DNA from: an uncultured Actinomycetota bacterium
Lineage (GTDB): Bacteria; Actinomycetota; Actinomycetes; Actinomycetales; JAHECE01
NCBI GenBank assembly: GCA_963780675.1
Contig: CAWACR010000008.1
Span: 77,146 to 141,145, forward strand
Reading direction: 5' to 3'
Length of the DNA: 64,000 nt
Position numbers and translations under genes: made by a program. Numbering within the stretch: the stretch's first letter is position 1; every line of letters starts with the position of its first letter. Positions 10,661 through 20,959 of this stretch are shown here, in pieces. A model generated the notes under the pieces. The model was given only the letters and a program-made list of their open reading frames with translations, was not told the origin of the DNA and did not search any database.

Positions 10661-11713
10661 GTGCGTTACCGATCTGTTACACGGAGGGTCGCATGGAGGA
10701 CACACGAGGGGGCTCGGCGCGGGCGTGTACGGATCGTCGACGTGGCGAAGGTGGCCGGTGTCTCGGCCCAGACGGTCTCCAACGTCATGAACGGTCGGGA
10801 CGGGTGCACCGAGGAGACGCGCCGCCGCGTCCTGGCCGCGATCGAGCACACCGGGTACCGGCCCAATCGGGCTGCGCAGAACCTGCGGACCCGACGAGCC
10901 CGGCAGATCGGCTTCCACCTCACCCGGGCACAGATGGACGTCCGCAACCCCTTCACGCTCACCTTGCTCCGCTACCTGGTGAACGCCGCGACGCAGGCCG
11001 GGTACCGCGTCGTCGTGCTCACGCAGTCGGAGGCGACGCCGGACTCCTTCCGGGCGGAGGTGGAGGCTCGCGACGTCGACGGGTTCGTCCTCTCGGACTG
11101 CGACGTGCTCGACTACCGCACCGAGCTGCTCCACGAGCTGCGGGTGCCTTTCGTGGTCATGGGTCGAACACCACCGGCGCTGCCTCAGACCTGGGTCGAC
11201 GTCGACAACGTCGCGGCCATGGCCGCCGTCGTCGACCACCTCGTCGGGAAGGGTCACCGGACCTTCGCCTACCTCGGATATGCGGGACCTCAGTTCTGGG
11301 TGCTCGAGCGCCGCGAAGGGGCGCGTCAGCGGCTCGAGGCGCACGGGTTCACCCTTGCGGACCGCTTCGTCGTGGCGACGACACCGGAGAGCCTCCAGGA
11401 GGACGTCGAGGCCTTCCTCCGCGAACCAGGACGACCCTCGGCCATGATCACCGGAAGTGACAGCATCGCCGTCACGGTCGTCAACGTCGCCCACTCCCTC
11501 GGCCTCGTCGTCGGACGCGACATCGCGGTGACCGGCTTCGACGGGTGCGCCCTCGACGCGATCGTGAGCCCACCGCTCACGACGGTCCGCGTTCCGGTGG
11601 CCGACGTCGCCGGCGCGATCGTCGCCCGGTTCGTCAGACTCGTCGAGGAGGGTCACGCGGACGACGCGGGCCTTGTTCTGCCCACCTCCCTGCTCATCGG
11701 CGGGACTGCATGA
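10661..11713 (+). CDS. LacI family transcriptional regulator (true start may be ATG 10693 with a one-base indel)
   Basis: IVDVAKVAGVSAQTVSNV HTH, YRPNRAA, WVDVDN, VTGFD, PPLTTV. A GGAGG RBS precedes ATG 10693 in another frame. Confidence 0.9.
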   Translation: MRYRSVTRRVAWRTHEGARRGRVRIVDVAKVAGVSAQTVSNVMNGRDGCTEETRRRVLAAIEHTGYRPNRAAQNLRTRRARQIGFHLTRAQMDVRNPFTLTLLRYLVNAATQAGYRVVVLTQSEATPDSFRAEVEARDVDGFVLSDCDVLDYRTELLHELRVPFVVMGRTPPALPQTWVDVDNVAAMAAVVDHLVGKGHRTFAYLGYAGPQFWVLERREGARQRLEAHGFTLADRFVVATTPESLQEDVEAFLREPGRPSAMITGSDSIAVTVVNVAHSLGLVVGRDIAVTGFDGCALDAIVSPPLTTVRVPVADVAGAIVARFVRLVEEGHADDAGLVLPTSLLIGGTA

Positions 11714-12791
11714 GGGTGGCGGACTGCTCACCGGGACTCGACACGCGCTCCGGCTGCGGCGGCCCGGCGCTCCCCCGCTTCACGAGGCGAGGAGGCAGCC
11801 GGAGTATGTAGCCGGGCTGATCGCCTCGCATCATCGCGAGGAGCAGCGCGGCCGCCGACGTCCCCACATCCGCCGATCTCACGGACACCGTGGTGAGATC
11901 GGCCATCTCGGCCAGCACGTGCTCACCCTGCCCGACGACCGAGATGTCGCTGGGCACGCACCGTCCGCCGTGGCGAAGCCACGTGAGAGCGGCCACCGCC
12001 AGCTCGAGCGACTCGACCCAGAGCGCGGTGGGCGGTTCGGCGTCGCCGAGGAGCGCCTCGATCGCCGACCGGACGCCCTCGGACGTGGCGCAGACGTCGA
12101 CGCTCACCACCGCGACGCCCGACCGCGCGACCGTCGTGCCCTTGTCGGGCGCATCAGTCGACGGCGGGTCCGCCGACGGCGGGTCCGCCGACGGCGGGTC
12201 GGGCCGCGCGACCCTCACACACGCGATGCGGCGGTGTCCGAGCGCGACGAGGTGCTCCACCGCCACGAGCCGGCACTCGGACTCAGCGACCCTGACGTCG
12301 GTTCCGCCGTCGGTGTCGTGGGGGTCGGTGTCATACCCGACGGCGACCACGACCAGACCGGCGAGCTCGAGGCGCTGACGCTCGGCGCGGTCAAGTCGCA
12401 CGCCGGCCAGGATCGCGGCGTCGACCGCCCGGTCCCGCACCACACGCTCGAGCACCCGCTGACGTGAGTCCTCTCCGTCCACCGGAAGCAGGACGACGTC
12501 ATGGCCGGCTTCGCTCAGCGCCCTGTGGGCCGCGCTCGCGCCGGTCCACCAGGTGGACTCGCTCGCAGGTGTGACGACGGCGATTCGCCGCGCCGCCGAC
12601 CGGGAGCGACGCCGCATCGCCAGCCGAGAGGCTTCGGGAGAGACGGAGTAGTCCAGCTGGGCCGCCGCCTCGACCACCCGGCGACGCGTGGCCGGCGCCA
12701 CGCCATAGGCGTCGCTCAACGCACGGGAGGCGGTCGCCGTCGAAACCCCCGCCGTGCGCGCGACGTGGGACAGACTCACACGGTCACGCAA
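11694..12791 (-). CDS. LacI family transcriptional regulator (divergent)
   Basis: LSHVARTAGVSTATASRAL HTH, HLVALGHRRIA, VPSDISVVG, LTTV. Confidence 0.85.
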   Translation of the reverse strand: MRDRVSLSHVARTAGVSTATASRALSDAYGVAPATRRRVVEAAAQLDYSVSPEASRLAMRRRSRSAARRIAVVTPASESTWWTGASAAHRALSEAGHDVVLLPVDGEDSRQRVLERVVRDRAVDAAILAGVRLDRAERQRLELAGLVVVAVGYDTDPHDTDGGTDVRVAESECRLVAVEHLVALGHRRIACVRVARPDPPSADPPSADPPSTDAPDKGTTVARSGVAVVSVDVCATSEGVRSAIEALLGDAEPPTALWVESLELAVAALTWLRHGGRCVPSDISVVGQGEHVLAEMADLTTVSVRSADVGTSAAALLLAMMRGDQPGYILRLPPRLVKRGSAGPPQPERVSSPGEQSATLMQSRR

Positions 12792-13070
12792 TGAGTGCCC
12801 CTCCTCGATCGCTGACTGAGTCGACTCCCGGCCGGCTCAGAGGCCAGCCCCGGCAGGGGCCGCCGGATCAGGCCGACGCCCGCGGCCCGCGCTCCAGTCT
12901 ACTGGAACGTTAAATGCTGCCGCCACGGCGAGACTCAGTCCTCTTCCCCGACCCGCGACGGGCGCGACTCCCACCCGTCGACCGGATTCCCGCGGGCTCG
13001 CAAGTCGCCTCAAGAGCATCCGGTAGCCTGGACGGATGCCCAGGTCGGACCGTTGCAGCAACGACGCGGC

Positions 13071-14087
13071 ATGACCACCGAGCGGGGCACCTCCAGCGGA
13101 CCGGTTCGCATCGTCGACGTCGCCCGGGAAGCTGGGGTCTCGGCGCAGACCGTCTCCAACGTCGTCAACGAGCGGGAGGGCTTCTCCGAGGAGACCCGCC
13201 GGCGCGTCCTGGCCGCCATCGACAGAACCGGCTACCGGCCGAACCGCGCGGCACGGAACCTCAGGACCCGCCGTTCGGGGCAACTCGGGTTGCACCTGCC
13301 GGCAAGTCACCTCTCCGTGCAGAACACCTTCTCCATCAACTTCCTGCGCGCCGTGATCGAGGCGACGGAACGAGCCGACCACCAACTGGTGGTCTTCACG
13401 CATCCGGCCGACGGGGCCACCGGCGCCGCCACCCTCACGACCACGGGTATGGACGGCTTCGTCCTCTATGTCGTCGACCCCGCCGATCCCCGGCCGCGCG
13501 CGCTCACCGACGCCGGCATCCCCTTCGCAGTCTTCGGCCGAACCGAGCCCACCCTGCCCCAGGCCTGGGTCGACATCGACAACGTCGCGGCCATGGCCGA
13601 CGTCGTCGACCACCTCGTCGAGCGCGGACATCGCCGGTTCGCCTTCGTCGGCTACGACGAGCCCGAGTACTGGAACCACCAGCGCCTCGAGGGCACGCAG
13701 CTGCGGCTGGCCGAACACGGCCTCGGCATCCCCGCCCGCTGGCTGGTCAGGACGAACCTCGACACCATCCGCGCCGAGGTCTCGCGCCGGCTCCTCGGTG
13801 AGGACCGGCCGGATGCGGTGATCTGCGCCAGCGACAGCCTCGCCGTCATTGCCCATGCCGCGGCGTCGCACGCCGGCTTCCGGGTCGGGACCGACATCGC
13901 CGTCACAGGGTTCGACGCCCTCCCCCAGGCCATCGCGGTGGACCCCCCGCTCACCTCGGTAGCGCTCCCGGTGGTGGCCGCAGCCGACGCTGTGGTCCGC
14001 CTCGTGATCAGCCAGATCGAGGGAGAGCCCGCGCCGGACCACGGAACGATCCTTCCGACCCACCTGGTCATCGGGGGGAGCGGATAG
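13071..14087 (+). CDS. LacI family transcriptional regulator, paralog of 10661..11713
   Basis: IVDVAREAGVSAQTVSNV HTH, WVDIDN, VTGFD, PPLTSV. Confidence 0.92.
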   Translation: MTTERGTSSGPVRIVDVAREAGVSAQTVSNVVNEREGFSEETRRRVLAAIDRTGYRPNRAARNLRTRRSGQLGLHLPASHLSVQNTFSINFLRAVIEATERADHQLVVFTHPADGATGAATLTTTGMDGFVLYVVDPADPRPRALTDAGIPFAVFGRTEPTLPQAWVDIDNVAAMADVVDHLVERGHRRFAFVGYDEPEYWNHQRLEGTQLRLAEHGLGIPARWLVRTNLDTIRAEVSRRLLGEDRPDAVICASDSLAVIAHAAASHAGFRVGTDIAVTGFDALPQAIAVDPPLTSVALPVVAAADAVVRLVISQIEGEPAPDHGTILPTHLVIGGSG

Positions 14088-14148
14088 CGCGACCGGCGGA
14101 GCCACATCCGCAGGGCCACTGCTCGGAGCCTGACGCGCGCGGTCGCAC

Positions 14149-14625
14149 CTACGCCAGGTCCGGGGTCACCACCCACGCAACAGCGAAGCCGGGTGCCTCG
14201 ACCTTGGGGACGAGCCGGACCAGACCTGCGTTCTGGAATCGCACCACCTGGGCGCCGTCGTCCCCCGCCACGAGCAGGGACGCGAGCCGGTCGAGGAAGG
14301 GCAGGTGGCCGACGACGGCGATCGCGCCGTCGGGCGCTCGTCTCGCCTCCTCGCGGAGATGGTCGGCGAACGGCGCCACGGGATCCGAGGGGTTGAGGCC
14401 GGCGTGGGCCTCGACGGTCCCGGCGCCGAGGGCCGCCGCGAGGATCCGCGCCGTCTGCTCGGCGCGCACCTTGCCGCTGTGCAGGCACCGGTCCGCGCGG
14501 ACACCGGCCACCCGGGCGCACGCGGCAACCCGCTCGACCGCGGCGCGGCCCTCGGGGGTGAGGGGTCGGGCGGGGTCCACGTCCTCCGGCTCCGCCACGC
14601 CGTGCTGCATGAGGTACACGTCCAC
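14149..14625 (-). CDS. sixA: Phosphohistidine phosphatase SixA family
   Basis: YLMQHG (RHG-like), RPLT, SGKVRAEQTA and VVGHLP motifs. GTG start follows a GGAGG RBS. Confidence 0.8.
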   Translation of the reverse strand: MDVYLMQHGVAEPEDVDPARPLTPEGRAAVERVAACARVAGVRADRCLHSGKVRAEQTARILAAALGAGTVEAHAGLNPSDPVAPFADHLREEARRAPDGAIAVVGHLPFLDRLASLLVAGDDGAQVVRFQNAGLVRLVPKVEAPGFAVAWVVTPDLA

Positions 14626-14761
14626 GCGTCCGTCCTCCGATTCGGGGCGCCGGTCGCGAGTCGACCCACGTGTGCGCCTCGCCGAGGCCGACGGTACGCG
14701 CGGCGCCCGGGGCGCGGGGCGCCGTCGTCGTCCCCCTCGTCGCACTGGCTACCAGCCTCGG

Positions 14762-15655
14762 CTACCGCGCGCGCTCGGCGGCGACGGCCTCGCGCACGGC
14801 GGGGATCACCTCGGCGGCGATGCGGGGGTAGGCGGTGACGTCGTCGCCGGCGAGGAGGAAGGCGGAGAAGCCGTGCTCGACGGCGAGCGCGGTGAGGCTG
14901 TCGACCCACTGCCGGGCGGGGCCCCGGAGGTACGCGCCGGGCGCGTCCCCGAACGTGCCCGGGACGTTGGCGAGGCGGCGGATGGCGCGGGGATCGCGGC
15001 CGGCGGCGCGGGCGGCGTCGTCGATCGCTGCGTTCGCGGCGGAGATCGCGGCGGGGTCCATGCGGCCCAGCGTGGGGAGCCAGCCGTCCGCCTTCTCGCC
15101 GGTGAGTCGGAGCATGCGCGGCTTGTACGCGCCGAGCCAGATGCCGATCGGGTGGGCCGGGGCGGGGCCGCGCTTGGCGCCGTCGAGGCGGTAGTACGCG
15201 CCGTCGACGCGCAGGATCTCGCGCGTGCTCGCGTCCCAGACGCCCCGGATGACGTCGATGGCCTCGGTGAGGGCGTCCACCGACTCGCCGGGTGTTCGGC
15301 GCGGGCCGCCCATGGCGGCGATCGCGTCCCAGAACGCGCCCGCGCCCAGGCCGAGCTCCACGCGGCCGCCCGAGAGGAGGTCGAGGCTCGCGGCGGCGCG
15401 CGCGAGGACCGCCGGCGGGCGCAGCGGGAGGTTCGCGACGTTGGGGGCGAGGGTGATGCGCTCCGTGCGAGCCGCGGCGTACGCCAGGAGCGTCCATGTG
15501 TCGAGGAACGCGGGCTGGTAGGGGTGGTCCTGGACGGTGACGAGGTCCAGGCCGGCACGCTCCGCGGCGACGACGGCGCCCACCACGTTCTGGGGCGCGC
15601 GCGCGCTTGGGGTGACGAAGGAGCCGAAGAGCAGGTCGTGGCCGTAGTCGGGCAT
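14762..15655 (-). CDS. LLM class flavin-dependent oxidoreductase
   Basis: QDHPYQ, LDLLSGGRVELGLGAG and ADGWLP luciferase-like motifs. Confidence 0.9.
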   Translation of the reverse strand: MPDYGHDLLFGSFVTPSARAPQNVVGAVVAAERAGLDLVTVQDHPYQPAFLDTWTLLAYAAARTERITLAPNVANLPLRPPAVLARAAASLDLLSGGRVELGLGAGAFWDAIAAMGGPRRTPGESVDALTEAIDVIRGVWDASTREILRVDGAYYRLDGAKRGPAPAHPIGIWLGAYKPRMLRLTGEKADGWLPTLGRMDPAAISAANAAIDDAARAAGRDPRAIRRLANVPGTFGDAPGAYLRGPARQWVDSLTALAVEHGFSAFLLAGDDVTAYPRIAAEVIPAVREAVAAERAR

Positions 15656-15853
15656 CGGGGGCCTTTCCGTCGGGGCTCGGCCGGGCCGTCAGGTGCTTCG
15701 CGGGCCGCCGGGGCTGTGCTCGAGACGGTAGGCGCGGGGCGGGGCGCGCGCCAGGGGTGGACGACGGCGCCCGGGTGGTCTGCGACGGCGCGGCTCGCGT
15801 TTCCCTCCCCGGTCCCGCGATCGGAGACCCGCACGCCTGGACTCGTGCTGCCT

Positions 15854-15910
15854 TCCACAGGTTCGGCTGTTCGGGTTGCGTTGTCACCAGAGCATCGTAC
15901 ACTTGTTCGA
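15854..15910 (+). promoter_or_regulatory. DNA-damage promoter: RecA-NDp/PafBC-like TGTCAC-N10-TACACT overlapping a LexA SOS box, with upstream TCCACAG
   Basis: TCGTAC-ACTT-GTTCGA at 15895-15910 versus the actinobacterial consensus TCGAAC-N4-GTTCGA. TGTCAC at 15882-15887, TACACT at 15898-15903. Confidence 0.75.
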
Positions 15911-15968
15911 CAGGCGGATCCGGGTGCCGGACAGAATCCGTGGGACGCAGGGAGGGGGTGGGTGGGCG

Positions 15969-17688
15969 GTGACGGGTCACGTGACAAGCAACGACGACGC
16001 GCAACGGGCCACCCATCGCGCCGTGTCCGCGGACGCCGCGGCGGGCCAGACCGCGGGCGACGACCCCACCGTGGTGGTCGGGGAGTCGATCGTCGAGCTC
16101 GCCGGCCAACTCGCCGACCTGACGGCACGCCTCGGGGCGTGCTCGGTGACGGACCTCGTGGAGCCGCAGGCATCGGGGGTCCATCGGCAACTGCGCCGTG
16201 CGGGTGACGCCGTACAGATCGTCGCGGCGAAGGTGCTGGCCCGTGTCCAGGCGGACGGGCGGTGGGCCACCACGGGTTCCGGGCGAGGCGCACGGACCAT
16301 GGAGGACTGGCTTGCCCAGGACGGGCAGGCCTCCCGGTCAGGGGCACGTCGGCAAACGGAACTGGCCCGGGCGGTCGACGGCGACGTCCCCGGGCTCGCG
16401 GACGCGGTGGCCGCCGGCACGGTGACGATGGAGCACGCGCAGACCCTCGCGCGGCTGGCGCCGACGTCGCCCGCGCGCCGCGAGGCGCTGCGCGGGGACG
16501 ACGCCTCCCGCAACGCCGACTACCTCCTCGCGCGGGCGGCCGAGTTGCCGGCGGACGAGTTCACGAAGGAGGTCAAGCGCTGGGCGGCGACGCAGGACCC
16601 GTCCGCCGACGAGCGCGGCCACCGCGAGGCGACTGCGAAGACGTACTGCACGTCCTCCGAGCGCGACGACGGCTGGGCGATCGCCGGGTTCCTGCCCCCA
16701 GTTGACGGTGCCGCGTTCAACGAGGCGCTGAAGGCGCTGGTCGGTGTCCCCGCTGCAGATGACGTGCGCACCCCGATGCAGCGCAACGGCGCCGCGCTGG
16801 GCCAGATGGCGAGGATCGTCCTCGATCACGGCGTGGCAGGCCGGTCCGGCGGATTCCGCCCCCACGTGTCGGTCCACGTCGGGCTGGACAGCCTCGTCGC
16901 GCAGCTCAACGCGCTGGAATCGACAGACGCCGCCCGGTCGGGCGCGCGAGGCGCGGCGGCGTTCCCGATCGTCCCGCCCGGGTGGGAGCCCGCGGTCCTC
17001 GCCGACGGCACCCCCATCCCGGCGAGCGTGCTGGCCCGCCTGGCGTGCGACTCCGAGGTCAGTCGCGTGGTCTTCGGCCCCGACTCCCAGGTGCTCGACG
17101 TCGGCCGGGCCGAGCGCCTGTACACCGGGGCGATGCGCCGCGCCGTGGTCGCGCGGGACAAGCACTGCGTCTACCCGGGCTGCTTCCAGCCGCCGAAGCT
17201 GTCGGAAGTCCACCACGTGCGGCACTGGGCGGCGCACGGCGGGGAGACCTCGGTCGCGAACGGTTGCCTCCTCTGCTGGTGGCATCACGACGTCATCCAC
17301 ACCCGCCACCTGCGCATCCACCGCAACCACACCCGGGGTCGGTGGGACTTCACCGAAGCCGACGGCACCCCGATCGCCCATCCCGGCGACCGAATCACCG
17401 GACAACCGACCCGAGGAGCACCCCCGGGCGGAGCCGGGAGCTGCACGGGGAACGCACGCGAGGCGACCGTCGGCGCGGGCGCGACCAGCGGACCTCCGAC
17501 GCGAGGCCCCGGCGGACCTCCCGCGCGAGACGGGACCGGCGGACCGGCCGGGCGAGATGCCACCAGCCGGCCGGGCAGGGCGAGACGGAACCGGACAACC
17601 GGCCGGGCGAGACGGGACCGGACAACCGGCCGGGCGAGACGGAGACGGAGGCGGGCAACGTGACGACACACTCTTCGACGTCGCCTGA
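15969..17688 (+). CDS. DUF222 (13E12-like) domain protein with C-terminal HNH endonuclease; tail probably frameshifted in a repeat
   Basis: RLACDS, LDVGRAERL, RDKHCVYPGC...VHHVRHW..GGETSVANGCLLCWWHH. The ORF ends at 17663; an alternative frame ends TLFDVA at 17688. Start is approximate. Confidence 0.88.
17581..17634 (+). repeat. Two-copy 27-nt tandem repeat in the HNH gene tail
   Basis: CGAGACGGRACCGGACAACCGGCCGGG x2. Confidence 0.85.
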
Positions 17689-17832
17689 AGCCACCGTCGG
17701 CGTCGGCGTCCGTCGGCGTCGAGGGACGGGAACCGCACAACCGGGACCGCGCACCACGCCGGACGCCGCGGCGACCTGGGCATGATGGGGTCGTCGCAGT
17801 CGCGGCGCTGACACAGAAGGAGGCGACGTCCG

Positions 17833-18426
17833 GTGAGCACAAGGCTGGGCCGAGCGGTACTCCGCATCCTGCGCTACCGGATCGTGGGCGAACCCCCACC
17901 GTCCGCCCCGGTCTGCGTCATCGTCGCGGCACCCCACACGTCCTGGCTCGACTTCCCCCTGATGCTCGGGATCGCCTGGGCGAGCGACGTGAATCCTGGC
18001 TTCCTCGCCAAGAAGGAGCTGTTTCGCGCTCCCTTCGGGGGCTTCATGCGCCGCCTCGGCGGCATCGCGGTGGACAGGGACAACCCCGGCACGTTGGTCG
18101 ACGACCTCACCTCTCGCGCCCGGAGCAGCGAGACGTTCGCCCTGGTCATCGCACCAGAAGGCACGCGGGCCAAGGGGACGTACTGGAAGTCCGGCTTCTA
18201 CCGGATCGCAGCGAAGGCCGAGGTGCCCATCGTGCTGGCCTACCTCGACGGCCCCAGCCGCACCGGTGGATTCGGGCCCACGATCGTCCCGAGCGGAGAC
18301 GTCCGCGCCGACATGGACCTCGTCCGCGCCTTCTATGCCGACAAGCGGGGGGTCAAGCCCGACGGCCGCACCACACCCCTGCTCCGCGAGGAGCGGGCGC
18401 CGGACACCTCGCCGGACGCGCCATGA
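17833..18426 (+). CDS. 1-acyl-sn-glycerol-3-phosphate acyltransferase (PlsC-like)
   Basis: PHTSWLD (HX4D), APEGTR and WKSGFY motifs. Confidence 0.9.
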   Translation: MSTRLGRAVLRILRYRIVGEPPPSAPVCVIVAAPHTSWLDFPLMLGIAWASDVNPGFLAKKELFRAPFGGFMRRLGGIAVDRDNPGTLVDDLTSRARSSETFALVIAPEGTRAKGTYWKSGFYRIAAKAEVPIVLAYLDGPSRTGGFGPTIVPSGDVRADMDLVRAFYADKRGVKPDGRTTPLLREERAPDTSPDAP

Positions 18427-18517
18427 CCACACGCCCGACCCCCACCTCTCCCGCCGGCGGCCCCGCACGCGAGGGTCGTCGCCGACTCACCGACCTCCGG
18501 CCCGAGGAGCCCCGACC

Positions 18518-19912
18518 ATGACCGAACCTTTCGCCGTCGACGCCCGCGCCGTCCACGCCCGCGTCGCCGCCCTCATGCCCGAGATGGTGCAGAACCTCGA
18601 GCGCCTCGTCGCTATCCCGTCGATCGCGACCACCGGCTTCCCGGCCGAGCCCCTGCACTCCGCCCACGACCTCGTGGTCGAGCTCCTCGAGGACGCCGGC
18701 GTGGAGGACGTCGAGTCCTTCACCCTCGAGGGGACCACCCCGCCCGTGGTGTTCGGCCGCGTCCCCGCGCCCGACGGCGCCCCCACCGTCCTGCTCTACA
18801 CCCACTACGACGTCGTCCCGGCCGGCGACCTCGCCCTCTGGCGCACCTCCCCGTTCGAGGCGGTGGAGCACGGCGGCGCGGTGTACGGCCGCGGGGCCGC
18901 GGACTCCAAGGCCAACATCCTCGCCATCGCCGGCGCACTGAAGGTGTTCGGCGGCCGACCGCCCGTGGGGGTCACCGTGGTCATCGAGGGAGCCGAGGAG
19001 TTCGGCAGCCCCTTCGACCACTACCCGCCCCAGGCGCCCGAGATCTTCGCCGCCGACGCGATGGTCATCGCCGACGTCGGCAACGTCCGCCCCGGCGAGC
19101 CGACGCTCACCGTCGCCCTGCGCGGCTCGGCCTCCGTGACGGTCGAGATCCGCACTCTCGCGGGCGAGAAGCACAGCGGCCAGTACGGCGGCGCCGCGCC
19201 CGACGCACGACTCGCCCTCATCCGCCTCCTCGCCACGCTGCACGACGAGAACGGCGACGTCGCGGTGCCCGGCCTACGCCGCGAGCCCTGGACCGGCGCC
19301 ACGTACACCGATGAGGAGTTCCGCGACCTCGCCGAGGTGCTCGACGGCGTCCCCCTCCAGGGCACGGGCGGGCTCGGCGAGCGCATCTGGTCAGGCCCGG
19401 CGATCACGGTGGTCGCCTTCGATGCCCCGCCCACGTCGGCGCCACTCAACGCCGTCGCGAGCACCGCGCGGGCCGTTCTCAACCTGCGCGTGCACCCCGA
19501 GCAGGACGCCGCCGGGGCCCAGGCCGCACTGGTCCGCCACCTCGAGACGCAGCGCCCTTTCGGCATCCCCGTGACCGTCACCCCGGGCGAGACCGGCAAC
19601 GGCGTCGCCGCCGCCCTCGAAGGTCCCGGCTACGACGCGGCGATGGCCGCCCTCGGCGCTGCCTGGGGTGGCAGGGCCCAGCTGCTCGCCGCAGGCGGAT
19701 CGATCCCCATCGTCAACGCGCTCCACGAGGCCGTCCCCGACGCGGAACTGCTCCTCTTCGGCGCGATCGACGGCTACGCGAACATCCACGCTCCCAACGA
19801 ACGCGTCCTCCTCTCGGAGCTCGAGAGGACCACCGCCGCCGTGGCGCTGTTCTTCGAGGAGTTCGCGGCGCGGCGGGGGAAGATCGCCGACGATCGGAGG
19901 TCGGACGACTGA
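18518..19912 (+). CDS. M20/M25/M40 family metallo-dipeptidase
   Basis: HYDVVP, GRGAADSK, EGAEE, HSGQYGG and IHAPNE motifs. ATG 18518 follows GAGGAG. Confidence 0.9.
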   Translation: MTEPFAVDARAVHARVAALMPEMVQNLERLVAIPSIATTGFPAEPLHSAHDLVVELLEDAGVEDVESFTLEGTTPPVVFGRVPAPDGAPTVLLYTHYDVVPAGDLALWRTSPFEAVEHGGAVYGRGAADSKANILAIAGALKVFGGRPPVGVTVVIEGAEEFGSPFDHYPPQAPEIFAADAMVIADVGNVRPGEPTLTVALRGSASVTVEIRTLAGEKHSGQYGGAAPDARLALIRLLATLHDENGDVAVPGLRREPWTGATYTDEEFRDLAEVLDGVPLQGTGGLGERIWSGPAITVVAFDAPPTSAPLNAVASTARAVLNLRVHPEQDAAGAQAALVRHLETQRPFGIPVTVTPGETGNGVAAALEGPGYDAAMAALGAAWGGRAQLLAAGGSIPIVNALHEAVPDAELLLFGAIDGYANIHAPNERVLLSELERTTAAVALFFEEFAARRGKIADDRRSDD

Positions 19913-19958
19913 GCGCAGGACGACTGTCAGCGCGTCGGCGGGCGGCACTCGCCGCGCT

Positions 19959-20879
19959 TCACCTCGTGCCCGACTTGTCCAGGCCCCAGGCCGGGTCGGT
20001 GCTGAGGTCGACGTTGAGCCAGGAGTCGTAGGGGAAGCCGCGAAGCCGGTCGTCGAGTGCGTGGCGCAGCCGATCGACCTCGTCCACCGGCCACGTGCCG
20101 GCGGAAACCAGGTGGTCCACCTCGACGTAGAGCTTGCCGCCCACCTTGGACAGCCGGATCACGGGCTCGGTCAGCCCGAACGCCGTCATCTCCTCGGTGA
20201 CCGCGGCCCGAACGGGGCGGTCCACCTCGGGGGCGGGCGCCATCTCGAGGAGCTCAACGGCGGTGGTCTTCAGGAGGGAGTACGACGTCGGCAGGACGAG
20301 CCCGGCCGCGACGATGACGAGGCCCGGGTCGACGTACGGCGCGATCACGTCCGATGCCGCGGCCGGCAGCAGGAGGACCCCGCCGAAGCCGATGACCATC
20401 GCGGCGCTGAGGTAGGCGCCTGCACGCCAGCTGGCGGCATCGGCCGCGACGACCTCGGAACCCGGGGCCATCCGGATCAGGAGCAACGCGACGCCGATCG
20501 CCGCGATCAGCGTGGCGACCGCGTAGATCACGGCGGGCCCCTTCGGGACCTCGGTGCCCCCGGACGAGATCACGACGACCGCGTCCACGATCGCGTAGAC
20601 GCTCGTGCCGAGCAGGGCCAGCCCCTGGGTCCCGATGATCACGGGCACGAGAGACTCCCGCCCGAACGGGAACCGCTTCGTGGGGCCGTGGCGGACCATC
20701 TGAACCACCCGGAGCGACGCTCCCGTGAGGATGACGCCGAGCAATGCATACACGCCGTCGAACAGGATGACCCGCGAGCCCGTGAGCAGGCCCCAGAAGA
20801 CCGCGACCCCTGCGATCGCGGCCGCCGCGACCATCGAGACCACCAGCGCCCGCGCTTCCGACCCCGTTTGGCTCCGCAC
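19959..20879 (-). CDS. Cation diffusion facilitator family transporter
   Basis: SRVILFDG, PTKRFPFGRE, YVDP, ELLEMAP, KVGGKLYVEVD; about six TM segments. Confidence 0.85.
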   Translation of the reverse strand: MRSQTGSEARALVVSMVAAAAIAGVAVFWGLLTGSRVILFDGVYALLGVILTGASLRVVQMVRHGPTKRFPFGRESLVPVIIGTQGLALLGTSVYAIVDAVVVISSGGTEVPKGPAVIYAVATLIAAIGVALLLIRMAPGSEVVAADAASWRAGAYLSAAMVIGFGGVLLLPAAASDVIAPYVDPGLVIVAAGLVLPTSYSLLKTTAVELLEMAPAPEVDRPVRAAVTEEMTAFGLTEPVIRLSKVGGKLYVEVDHLVSAGTWPVDEVDRLRHALDDRLRGFPYDSWLNVDLSTDPAWGLDKSGTR

Positions 20880-20959
20880 GCTGCGACCCTAGCCCGCGGC
20901 GCGGCGCGGCAGGGCACCGGGACCCGCGCGGCCTGGACGATCGCGGGCGCCGTGGGCTG

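Noticed and set aside
15660..15960. Guide-RNA (OMEGA/HEARO-like) locus beside the HNH gene
   Set aside because: The protein lacks recognisable RuvC motifs, and the two paralog flanks share only short promoter motifs, not an extended structured RNA.
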